Source of the DNA: Macrostomum lignano
Taxonomy: Eukaryota
Length of the DNA stretch: 64,000 bases
Assembly (NCBI GenBank): GCA_002269645.1
Contig: NIVC01000200.1
Coordinates: 644,543 to 708,542, forward strand
Reading direction: 5' to 3'
The notes below the pieces were generated by a model that was not told the origin of the DNA, ran no database searches, and worked only from the letters and a program-made list of their open reading frames with translations. The first letter of the stretch is position 1, and the number at the start of each line of letters is the position of its first letter. Of this stretch, positions 22,702-35,100 are shown piece by piece. A program made the position numbers and the translations under genes.

Positions 22702-23264
22702 TTATAAGCTAGAAAATTTGAAAACAACAGCGACAGCAGCAACGGCCGCTGTCATCAGCCGAGCCGAGCTGTCGAATCCGTTGTTGGCCGAGTTGCAATC
22801 CTGAGTACTGCATGAGCAGTACTTGATCTTGATCTTCTTAGTGCCAACCCGATCGTAGCAGTTATTTTTGTTCTCAACCGCGGATCCGCAGGTTCGGTCA
22901 ACGATAGTCAGGCCTTCGACTGGAATGAAACAATAGTTTAAATAAATGCGAAATATTCTAACTATACTACTACTGTAATTTACATCACGTATGCACGTAT
23001 TATATAAAATAAGGATTAATTAACACATATTAATAACTCACTGTCCTGCGACTGCTTCCAGCAGACTTGAGCATTGGGCACCGCAATTCTGTCCGGCCCA
23101 ACGGTTCTGCCGACTGAACAATTCACCTTGTAGTCAGCCGATGGGTCCACTTCGCAGTTCTTGTCAACCAGACTGTTGCAGATGTAGCAGCTGAGGCCTA
23201 GCACTCCAGTTGTTGATGCCAATGCCAATAGTAGGAGTATAATTGATGAAAATCGGTTCTGCAT
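22702..23264 (-). CDS. Ly6/uPAR three-finger, quiver/sleepless-like GPI-anchored protein; 2 exons (23042-23264, 22702-22919)
   Basis: Signal peptide, then CYICNS..DKNC...VNC...CWKQSQD|IEGLTIVDRTCG...CY...YCSCSTQDCN and a hydrophobic C-terminal GPI signal. The 122-bp GT-AG intron joins in frame. Confidence 0.88.
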
Positions 23265-23527
23265 CTTATGCATATGCTGCTGTAGAAGTTTCAATCGTGC
23301 CGAGTTTCAAGCCGGTTTAATTTTGCTTTTTTTCCTGCTGTTTAGCTCTCTAACCCAGCTGCCGAGCAGAGCATACACACAAGTATTATTAGCTGTTTGT
23401 CTTCAAAGGCTCCAACCAGCCACCCCAACTATACTGACCGCGTGTGCACTCGCGAGGGGGGAGGGAGTCGGGACGCACAATAGCAATGCAACTGGCTGTC
23501 ATATTGCTTCAACTAGTTAGAGCCTAA

Positions 23528-23566
<39 letters not shown>

Positions 23567-23965
23567 GCTAGAAGAGTGAGAAAGGGTTGGCGGTTAACAA
23601 AATGGAAGCCGTCCTTAGTGCTTCATTCTATGGCTGCGTGCTCAAGAATGGAAGAAAGAAAAAACGAAAGAAAGAAAGAAAGAAATGAATTCGCGTTTGG
23701 TCTGGTCAGTCAGGAAGGCCCAGAATCCATGCTGCGTCATCTCTTTTACTACATTTACCTCGTGCCAAACAAACATGTAAAATTGTCAAACCGAAACCAT
23801 TTTGATCGAATGTAGTGGCGTACGCAGAGGTATTTACGTCCCACCCCGAAATCACCACCACAAAAACAAAATCAAAGAGGCAATCAAGCTTAACGAATGA
23901 CAGGAGCTCAACTTTTGATAACCTCTTGGACGAGGCATCCCATCCGGCCTATGAACCAGGGGCAG

Positions 23966-24221
23966 GGAGACCCCCCGAGACAGGGGCGCCCACCAAGAGA
24001 CAGGGGCTCCCACCAAGAGACAGGGGCACCCACCAAGAGACAGGGGCGCCCACCAAGAGACAGGGGCTCCCACCAAGAGACAGGGGCGCCCACCAAGAGA
24101 CAGGGGCGCCCACCAAGAGACAGGGGCGCCCACCAAGAGACAGGGGCGCCCACCAAGAGACAGGGGCGGCCACTAAGAGACAGGGGCGCCCACTAAGAGA
24201 CAGGGGCGCCCACCAAGAGAC
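23966..24221. repeat. 20-bp minisatellite (CACCAAGAGACAGGGGCGCC)
   Basis: Direct tandem copies. Confidence 0.95.
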
Positions 24222-24718
24222 GCCTCACCAAGGTTTGCCTCCCGATACAAAAGCCGGCTTAATTCCATCAGGTAGAATTAAGAGATAGGAGAAGCTAAGA
24301 TTTTCAAAGTAATTTTAATCGATGATTAAATTATTAGTTAAATTATTCTGTAGAAAATACTTACCGACTACTTTTAGTAGAAGGGAAGAATGTAAACATT
24401 TTTCTTCACCCTAAAAAGCATCGAAATGTTTTTGAATTCTCCTACCTTACCGCTATCGCTATGCTGTTTATTGCTTGTCCGTTCAGCAGTTGCTTGTGGA
24501 TACATTCAATTTTTTTATAATAATATATCTCGTAAAACAAGAAGCACTAAAGCAAACTGTTTCAGGATTGAAAATTTTCATGAACTGTTATATCGCGATG
24601 CTTTCAATAGTTAATTTTATTTAAATTGAGACACTTAGCTTGTTTGGTGTAATGGGAGACACAAATTTTTGGTGGTCTTGGTGTCTTGTGTGGGGACCCT
24701 GTCTCTCGGTGGACGAAG

Positions 24719-26465
24719 CTGTCTCATAGAAGACGCAACTGTCTCAAAGACGGACGCCACTGTCTCATAGATGGACGCCACTGTATCATAGACGGACGCC
24801 ACTGTCTCAAAGATGGACGCCACTGTCTCATAGATGGACGCCACTGTCTCATAGATGGACGCCACTGTCTCATAGACGGACGCCACTGTCTCAAATATGG
24901 ACGCCACTGTCTCATAGATGGACGCCACTGTCTCATAGATGGACGCCACTGTCTCATAGACGGACGCCACTGTCTCATAGACGGACGCCACTGTCTCATA
25001 GACGGACGCCACTGTCTCATAGTGACTGATTGTCTAACTGACTGACTGTCTGACTGACTGACTGACTGTCTCCTAGACGGACGCCACTGTCTCATAGACG
25101 GATGCCACTGTCTCATAGACGGACGCCACTGTCTCATAGATGGACGCCACTGTCTCATAGATAGACGCCACTGTCTCATAGACGGACGCCACTGTCTCAT
25201 AGATGGACGCCACTGTCTCATAGACGGACGCCACTGTCTCAAAGATGGACGCCACTGTCTCATAGATGGACGCCACTGTCTCATAGATGGACGCCACTGT
25301 CTCATAGACGGACGCCACTGTCTCAAAGATGGACGCCACTGTCTCATAGATGGACGCCACTGTCTCATAGACGGACGCCACTGTCTCATAGACGGACGCC
25401 ACTGTCTCAAAGATGGACGCCACTGTCTCATAGACGGACGCCACTGTCTCATAGACGGACGCCACTTTCTCATAGTGACTGATTGTCTAACTGACTGACT
25501 GTCTGACTGACTGACTGACTGTCTCATAGACGGACGCCACTGTCTCATAGACGGACGCCACTATCTCATAGACGGACGCCACTGTCTCATAGATGGACGC
25601 CACTGTCTCATAGATGGACGCCACTGTCTCATAGATGGACGCCACTGTCTCATAGACGGATGCCACTGTCTCATAGACGGACGCCACTGTCTCATAGACG
25701 GACGCCACTGTCTCATAGTGACTGATTGTCTAACTGACTGACTGTCTGACTGACTGACTGACTGTCTCATAGACGGACGCCACTGTCTCATAGACGGACG
25801 CCACTATCTCATAGACGGACGCCACTGTCTCATAGATGGACGCCACTGTCTCATAGATGGACGCCACTGTCTCATAGACGGACGCCACTGTCTCATAGAC
25901 GGACGCCACTGTCTCAAAGATGGACGCCACTGTCTCATAGTCGGACGCCACTGTCTCATAGACGGACGCCACTGTCTCATAGATGGATGCCATTGTCTCA
26001 TAGACGGACGCCACTGTCTCATAGATGGACGCCACTGTCTCATAGACGGACGCCACTGTCTCATAGATGGACGCCACTATCTCATAGACGGACGCCACTG
26101 TCTCATAGATGGACGCCACTGTCTCATAGACGGACGCCTCTGTCTCATAGATGGACGCCACTGTCTCATAGATGGACGCCACTGTCTCATAGATGGACGC
26201 CACTGTCTCATAGACGGACGCCATTGTCTCATAGACGGACGCCTCTGTCTCATAGACGGACGCCACTGTCTCATAGACGGACGCCACTGTCTCATAGACG
26301 GACGCCACTGTCTCATAGACGGACGCCACTGTCTCATAGACGGGTGCCACAGTCACATAGATGACGCCACTGTCTCATAGATGGACGCCACTGTCTCATA
26401 GATGGACGTTACTGCCTCATAGACGGACGCCACTGTCTCATAGATGACACCACTGTCTCATAGAT
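24719..26465. repeat. 21-bp minisatellite (GACGCCACTGTCTCATAGAYG) with three embedded GACT-rich modules
   Basis: Tandem copies with near-identical ~50-bp modules at ~25021, ~25473 and ~25717. Confidence 0.95.
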
Positions 26466-26623
26466 GTGCGACCCTTGCGGTCTTTGTGAGCAGAGACAAG
26501 CTCCCCGAGTTTTTGCATACTAGACTAGTCTAGAAAACCATAGATATTTAATCAGGAATTCCCATAAATTGGCTTCCTTTTTACCAGCTGAGCATTGAGT
26601 CCATACAGCTGCATTGAGCTCAG

Positions 26624-27148
26624 TTGCAGTCATTGAAAAACTCAAAGCTAGCCATGGTTGAACGCACTTCAGATACCGGCACCTTTCGCAGCGCAGTCGC
26701 AGCGGACAGGACAAAGACTGCGGTGCGGGTGTCGTCCCTAACAAAGAAGGGCTACGGCAGCGGAGTCGGAGCCAGTCGACACCGCGGCTACCTGCTGAAG
26801 CGTCGAGCTGCAGTTGCTAAATTTGCTGGATCTGCAGGACTCAGAGAGTCGTCGGTGCAGCAGCAGCAACAACAGTCTCAAAAGGAGCAGCAGTGCCTTC
26901 TGGACATGGAGAACCCTAAGTTGGATTTTCAGCTTCGCCAGATGGCGGACGAGGACTTGTTCTGTGCAGAGGAGCCGCAGCACCAGCAGCTGCAGAATTC
27001 GCTCTCCTGCGGCGGCACCGCCCTCACATCCGCATCCGGGCCGGGTCTCCAGCTGTTCGGAGGCGGTGGCGGAAGTCACCTGCAGTCGGCTGGCTGCAGC
27101 GCCGCTCTCCAAGACGTCAGCGCGTCCGCCATCCTGCAGCAGCACCAG

Positions 27149-27180
<32 letters not shown>

Positions 27181-28664
27181 GGCCGAGCAGCTGGACGTCT
27201 CCATGCTGATGCACAGCGGTTTCTACGGCACTCGCGAGGAGGTCGAGCAGCTGCTGGCTCAAGCCATCCAGCTTCACTGCCGGCCCAACAGCAAACTGGG
27301 TGACAGCAACTCCAAGGCTGCCGACTGCTGGTCGAGTCTGCCGCAGCAGCACCAGCCGAGACCAGGACCGAAGACTTCGGCGGCTTCGACTGCGGGTCTG
27401 GCTGAAGACCTCCTGCAGGCCTGGAGCTGCGGCGGCGGTTCCGGCGGGAAGTCCGTCCACTTCAGCTTGGACTCGCCCAGCAACACCGCGAGCTGCCAGC
27501 AGAAGCTGCCGCCACCTGCCACCGCTGCGACCCCGCGACCGACGATGCGCAACCAGCTGCTGCTGACGGACTTCTCAGAGGAGGAGACAGCCGCGGAGCC
27601 CGAGGCGGAGACGGCGGTGTTCCTGACTGCCAAGCCGCCCGTGCCGAAGCCTCGAACTGACCGCCGATCCGCGTCCTTGAACCGTCAGAGAGCCCAGCCC
27701 GCTCCGTCTGGTAATTTTTGTCACCAACCTGAATGCATCAGTGTTTATACTGAAGCATGTCTCTGAACATGAAGCATGTCTGTGAACATGAAGCATGTCT
27801 CTGAACATGAAGCATGTCTGTGAACATGAAGCATGTCTGTGAACATGAAGCATGTCTGTGAACATGAAGCATGTCTCTGAACATGAAGCATGTCTCTGAA
27901 CATGAAGCAGGTCTCTGAACATAAAGCAGGTCTCTGAACATGAAGCAGGTCTCTGAACATGAAGCAGGTCTCTGAACATGAAGCATGTCTCTGAACATGA
28001 AGCAGGTAAAAGTACATGATTATTGAGACGGGTCACCGAACTGCCCCAGCAGGTGGCCAGCAGGTGAAGCTCCGCAATTGCAACGCAGCCGTCGGTCAGT
28101 CTCCCGGATCCGCCTCCCGCCCGCCTCAGCCGCCGCTAACGCAGCCGCGTTTGCCCGTCCCGACACCGGCGCCCCGACAGCGCCGAATGGGGGGCCCGGC
28201 ACCGGCTGCCGCCTCGACGCTTCGCTGTCTGCCTCCGCCGCAGTCTCCTCCTGTGTCCTGTGCCTCGGCAGCGCCGTCGACTGTCGGTCAGCTCACTACA
28301 GGGACATCGTCAGCCGCTGGACGAACCCTGTCGTGGCCTGTCAGCGTACTCGACGCCATTGACGCAGGCTGCTGAATCTGACGAGGTCGGTCAGCATCGC
28401 ATCGATGAGGACAACGCCACGGTGAAGCCGGAGTTCGTGGGCACAGCCTTGGGACAGCTGCTGCAGACCCGACTGCGGCATTCTCAGAGCTTCAGCGGCG
28501 GTTCAGCAGGAGCAGACGATGAGGTTCTCCGCTTCGACCTGGAGAACTCCTTGACAACCGCCCGAAGACCGCAGGGGCCGAAGAGAACTGCTAGCCGCGC
28601 TGAGATGAGGCGCTTTGGGCAGTTCAAGAGAGGCCAGCAGTTGGACAATGTTCCGGGATTGTAG
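26624..28664 (+). CDS. Exons of an unidentified low-complexity Q/P/A/S-rich protein (exon to 27711; next exon from ~28050)
   Basis: GC-rich ORFs. Donor TCTG|GTAATT at ~27711 joins in phase to acceptor GCCCCAG| at 28049. A probable frameshift lies at ~28300-28370. No domain recognised and the gene start is not located. Confidence 0.5.
27752..28006. repeat. 19-bp intronic minisatellite (GAAGCATGTCTCTGAACAT)
   Basis: Tandem copies. Confidence 0.95.
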
Positions 28665-28984
28665 ACTGCAACTAACCCAATAGAGATGGTATTAGATGAG
28701 TTCCCTGCAGATTTAAAGGTACTGGGTTAAGGATAGTCATGTACCACTTTTTATTGGCTCAGCCGTAAGGCCGCGTACAAGATGTTAGGTATTCTTTTTC
28801 TCCAGAATCATTTCTTGCAGGAGTGACCGCTTTTTTCCACTTTTTCCCGAGTCTGCTATGCGGAAAAGTTTTTAGGTTTGTTTTCATTCATATTTGTGTC
28901 TTAGCCTGAGCATGCAAAGTAAAGTTTCTCTGACCTGAAATATGCGTTAACTAACCATCTCACTAACTTTCATGGTTCATTTTT

Positions 28985-29508
28985 ACTGACTGACTGACTG
29001 CCTGACTGACTGCCTGACTGCCTGACTGACTGCCTGACTGACTGCCTGACTGACTGCCTGCCTGCCTGACTGACTGACTGACTGACTGACTGACTGACTG
29101 ACTGACTGACTGACTGACTGACTGACTGCCTGCCTGACTGCCTGCCTGCCTGACTGACTGACTGACTGACTGACTGACTGACTGACTGACTGACTGACTG
29201 ACTGACTGACTGACTGCCTGCCTGACTGACTGACTGACTGACTGCCTGCCTGACTGACTGACTGGCTGACTGACTGACTGACTGACTGACTGACTGACTG
29301 ACTGACTGACTGACTGACTGACTGACTGACTGACTGACTGACTGCCTGCCTGACTGACTGACTGACTGACTGCCTGCCTGACTGACTGACTGGCTGACTG
29401 ACTGACTGACTGACTGACTGACTGACTGACTGACTGACTGACTGGCTGACTGCCTGACTGACTGACTAACTGACTGACTGACTGACTGCCTGCCTGACTG
29501 ACTGACTG
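28985..29508. repeat. (GACT)n/(GCCT)n microsatellite
   Basis: Direct. Confidence 0.95.
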
Positions 29509-30002
29509 AAAATATTTAGTAGAAAAAACGTTCACAGAAGCCGCACTTTGAACTTTAGTGGTCAAATGATTTATATTTTGGAAGTGAAGTTGCAGGTGCA
29601 CTAGCAAAGTTCGATTGCTACAATGTGACTCTGATCGGCATGTGCAAGTGACTGTCAGGGTGCATTGCTACTTTAGGAGTTTGTGCAAATCAACTTATTT
29701 TCAAATATTAATTGATGACTAGATTGGGCGATTGTTACAAGCAAATAATAATGTCTTAACTACAAAAGTCTACAAAAGTCTAGGAAATTGATCTAGATTA
29801 TCAAGCAACATTAAGACAATAATATTCCATGTTTGCCTTCTAAAGTGATGCTGAAGCATATGGGCGAAGAGCCTCTTAACTGGTGTAAGCAGTGTACCAC
29901 GATTGTCAAAAAAGGTCATAAATATTATAAGGTCATACCAGATCAGACTGTCTAATAGACCTCACATTGCTTAGTTGCCTTACACACGGGGGTCAAAAAA
30001 GA

Positions 30003-30215
30003 GGGCACAAACAAGGTCACATCAAGGTCAAACAGATGTCAAATCGAAGTCAAGGTCAAGCAGAGTTCACAACAAGGTTAAGCAGATTTCGCATCAAGGT
30101 TAAGCAGAATTCACATCAAGGTTAAGCAGATTTCGCATCAAGGTCAAGCAGAGTTCACATCAAGGTCAAGCAGAGTTCACATCAAGGTCAAACAGAGGTC
30201 AAGCAGAGGTCAAAC
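30003..30215. repeat. Degenerate 22-bp repeat (CAAGGTYAAGCAGAGTTCACAT) abutting the GPCR stop codon
   Basis: Period 22 at 30073, 30095 and 30117. Confidence 0.85.
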
Positions 30216-31790
30216 GGAGGTGACGATCATCTCGCAATCGGAATTCTCGTCGTCTCCACTGCCGCCGCCGCCGCCTCCGACGCTGCCGGCAGATGAAGCT
30301 CCGGCGGAGGCTGAGGAGGCCGTGGCGGCCGCCGCAGCAGCTGCCGAGCTCCGCTTTCTGAGCTGCTGATGCTGCTTCTGATGCGGAGCCTGCCGACGTT
30401 TCTGCTGCTGACGTTTCTTCTTCTGCTGCTCCTGCAGCCGACGGCGCCGAAGCTGCTGCACCTCCTCATCCTCGTCGTCGTCTTCATTGTCGTCGTTATC
30501 GTCGTCATCATCGTTGGCGACGCCATCCCGGCCAGCGGACGCGGACGTCATCGGGCGCAGCTCGGTCTGGTCGGCGGCGTCGCCGTCGGAATCCTGCAGG
30601 CCGTGGAGGGCCAGCAGGCGCATCTTCTGGTTCTGCACGTACTTGTGCTGCACCTCGTCGTTTAATAGGAAGTAAAACACGACAAAGAAGATGCCCTGCG
30701 AATGGACGAATCGACGAACTGGGTGTGAGTGCTACCAGAGGATAAAGAGGGTATGAGAGAGTAAAAAGGGTAGGGAGGGCAAAGAAAGTAGGAAAAGGTA
30801 GGAGAGGGTGGGAGAGGGTAAGGATGATAGGAGAGAGTAAGGAAGGTATGAGAGAGTAAAGAGGGTAGGAGAGGTTTAAAAGGGTAGAAGAGGGTAAGGA
30901 GGGTATGAGAGGGTAAACAGGGTATGAGGGGGTAAGGAGGGTATAAGAAGGTAGGGTAAGGAGGGTAGGAGAGAGTAAGGAGGATTTGAGAGGTTTTAAG
31001 AGGGTAGGAGAGGATAAGGAGGGTATGAGAGGGTAAAGATGGTAAGAGGGGATAATGAGTGTAGGCGAGGGCAAGGAGGGTATTAGAGGGTAAGGAGGGT
31101 AGGAGAGAGAGGATGTGAGGTTTAAGAGGGTAGGAGAGGGTAAGGAGGGTAGGAGAGAGAGGATGTGAGGTTTAAGAGGGTAGGAGAGGGTAAGGAGGGT
31201 AGGAGAGAGAGGATGTGAGGTTTAAGAGGGTAGGAGAGGGTGAAGAGGGTATGTATACAGGGAGGCGATTAGCCAACTTGATTATACATTCAATATCAAA
31301 ATGAATTTGACTGCAGAGTCTGAAATACAGAAACTCCCGTGTTATAAAAATTACCTGAAGACAGTTGAACATGGCGTACAGCAGTTTCACAATGATGTCG
31401 TGCATGATAATTGAGACGAACGCGAACGACCAGGACACGCTTAGTAGAATCACCTGCGTCCACAGCGCCTTGGAGTGGATGCTGAAAATCCACCACAACA
31501 TCAATTGGCTTGTCAAAAATCTTTAATTAAAGCAGGTTTTCTAATTTTTTGTAACTTAATCATTTTGGCCGCTTTTTAAGTCTGGCGCATCCAGACCCTG
31601 GGGCCAAACAAAGTAAGCCCCATCAACTCACGTGATCGCCTTGTTCGCCTTCTCATCCTTCGTGTAGGAGCTCTCGTGGTGCTCTTTGGCTGTGAAGGTC
31701 AGAACCATCACTGTTATCTGAAATGTTCCAAATCCATGCATTAGCGACTGACTGACTGACTGACAAACCAACTAACTAACTAACTAACTG

Positions 31791-31877
<87 letters not shown>

Positions 31878-32066
31878 GACTAACTAACTGACTAACTAAC
31901 TAACTAACTGACTAACTAACTGACTCACTAACTGACTAACTAACTTACTAACTAACTAACTAACTAACTAACTGACTAACTAACTAACTAACTAACTAAC
32001 CAACTAACTAACTAACTAACTAACTGACTAACTAACTAACTAACTAACTAACTGACTAACTAACTG

Positions 32067-32109
<43 letters not shown>

Positions 32110-32122
32110 GACTAACTAACTG

Positions 32123-32188
<66 letters not shown>

Positions 32189-35100
32189 CAACTAACTAAC
32201 TAACTGACTCACTAACTAACTAACTAACTGACTAACTAACTAACTAACTAACCAACTGACTAACTAACTAACTAACTAACCAAATAACTAAATAACTAAC
32301 AAAGCTAAACAACTTAGATTTTGAATAAATCGGCAACGCTAGAATTCGATATTTCTGTAAATATTTAAATTCTCACCGCCACAATACCAATGGCAGGCCC
32401 AGCATATAGCCACACATTCTCTCTAGCCGTCCAGCACCTGGAAATAAAAATTTTATTATTTTAATAAAAAGTGTACACAAAGCCTAAAAACTGATTGTTA
32501 CTGCATATTTGCGCACTTACATGTCAATAGCGTAATAACTGTTTCCGTTGATGCCGACAAAGGTGCCAACAAATGCAATTGGAACAACTGAAATAATTGG
32601 TAGGGCGGGTAATGAGGGTAGAGAGGGTGAAGAGTGTAGAGAGGGTGAAGAGGGTAGAGAGGGTGAAGAGGGTAGAGAGGTGAAGAGGGAAGAGAGGGTG
32701 AAGTGGGTAGAGAGGGTGAAGAGTGTAGAGAGGGTGAAGAGGGTAGAGAAAGTGAAGAGGGTAGAGAGGGTAGAGAGGGTAAAGAGGGTAGAGAGGGTGA
32801 AGAGGGTAGAGAGGGTAGAGAGGGTAAAGAGGGTAGAGAGGGTGAAGTGGGTAGAGAGGGTGAAGAGTGTAGAGAGGGTGAAGAGGGTAGAGATGGTAGA
32901 GAGGGTAGAGAGGGTGAAGAGGGTAGAGAGGGTGAAGAGGGTAGAGAGGGTAGAGAGGGTAGAGAGGGTGAAGAGGGTAGAGAGGGTGAAGAGGGTAGAG
33001 AGGGTAGAGAGGGTAAAGAGGGTAGAGAGGGTGAAGAGGGTAGAGAGGGTAGAGAGGGTAAAGAGGGTAGAGATGGTAGAGAGGGTAGAGAGGGTGAAGA
33101 GGGTAGAGAGGGTGAAGAGGGTACAGAGGGTAAAGAGGGTAGAGTGGGTGAAGAGTGTATAGAGGGTGAAGAGTGTAGAGAGGGTGAAGAGGGTAGAGAG
33201 GGTGAAGAGGGTAGAGATGGTAGAGAGGGTAGAGAGGGTGAGGAGGGTGGAGAGGGTGAAGAGGGTACAGAGGGTAAAGAGGGTAGAGTGGGTGAAGAGT
33301 GTATAGAGGGTGAAGAGTGTAGAGAGGGTTAAGAGGGTAGAGTGGGTGAAGAGTGTATAGAGGGTGAAGAGTGTAGAGAGGGTGAAGAGGGTAGAGCGGG
33401 TGAAGAGTGTATAGAGGGTGAAGAGTGTAGAGAGGGTGAAGAGGGTAGAGATGGTAGAGAGGGTAAAGAGGGTAGAGAGGGTGAAGAGGGTAGAGAGGGT
33501 AGAGAGGGTAAAGAGGATAGAGAGGGTGAAGAGAGTGGTGCTACAGACAGTAGCAAAGGTGGAGAAGCTAAGACTGTAATGAAGGGTTATGCTGAAATAA
33601 AATCATTCTAAATAAGTAACAAAAAATCAGCTGATAAAAGTTAGCTACGAAACATATCGGCAATTTTTTAATTTAATGAACTTCCAGTCTCGAGTCAACA
33701 ACTCACTCCAGCCAATTAGATAATAGCGCCACATGCCGCCCTCTTCAGAGCCGTCCTGGTGCGCATGAGCGGCATAGGTGATCACAATGTACAGATTGAA
33801 GGCTTCGTTCATTAGCCAGGAGAATGAGGCTAAGAAAAAATAGTGGATAAGTGCAGCCATGGAGTGGCACAGGGCCTGTGGAATTGAAATTGAAAATTAT
33901 AAGCTTAAATAAAAAAATCCATCTTTGCGCAAATAGTTCTACTATAAGTAGTTTTTAGTTTGAAATATTTTATCATTTTCAGAGCATCTATTTAGTTCTA
34001 ACTGAATTATTCAATTTGATTATTACTCGATTAATACATACGAAAAGCATTTTATTTAAAATGATACACTTTCTAATGGGTTACAAAACTTAATTAAATT
34101 CCAATAAATCAATCTATAATTCTTTCCCTTAACCAATCAATCAATAGATAATCAACCAGATGTGCAAGCATTTTAAAATCCTGCAGTCATTATTTCAATT
34201 GCTATCCATCAATACATCAGCAAATATATGAATTAAATACAGAAAAAAGGTCCCAAACCCTCAAGGGGCTCAAAGCGATCCCTATAAGCTCACATCCGGT
34301 TTGAGCTTGTCAATGCCGAACACGAACACCAACTGGCCGCAGACAATCGCCAATGAAAAGTGCTGATGAATTTTCGCTGTATTGGATGAAGTTCTGAAAA
34401 AAAGATATTTAAGTAAAATTTAAATAGTATAAGTTTTTAGTCTACGCGATAAAAATGGCGATAAAATGTGCAGCACTCTACCGAAAGTAAAATAAAAGGA
34501 CGCAAGTAGTCAGGCAAAGAATCGATGAAACGCCGCAGCCAATGTAGGACGGATAGGCTAGCAATTTCATGACGTCCTTGGTTCGATTCAACTGAAAATT
34601 AAATAAAAAAATACAAAATGAAAATTCATTTATTTAGAATTTCTTAATACCTATGTAATGCAGAAATAACGATTATACATGTGATTTTATAATAAAACTT
34701 AAAATAATTATCCTTCAATGTATAGTTTATAATTTGTCGGGATTAGAACGATGAATTCTAATTTTGTTTATTCATTAATTAGTTAAAACACCTGCAAGTA
34801 AATCTTTCTTCTCATGCAGTACCAGACTGAAAGTACGTTTCGGTTTATAATGATCAAATTATCGCAAATAACTTCAATGAATAGCATGGGAGCAGAGATA
34901 TTAAGTGATTCTGCTGACTCTAAATATATAAGGACTTATTTGGCTTTGCATGTAGCTGGCAATAAAATTCGATCAAGGCACTAACAATATCAGAAGCTTG
35001 AAAGTACTTGACAATATTTTATAGACATAAACGCGCACAATCGCATTTTTAACAGTTTTGCCAGGGGTTGATAGTGTCTGTGGATAAGATATAGCCGTCT

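Noticed and set aside
24635-26364. Long ORFs such as (SVYETVA)n and (MRQWRPS)n
   Set aside because: Products of a stop-free 21-bp unit; open in several frames and on both strands with no unique coding flanks.
32548-33611. E/R/V- and E/G/R-rich ORFs on the plus strand
   Set aside because: They derive from the 9-bp purine array inside a GPCR intron and lie antisense to a well-supported gene.
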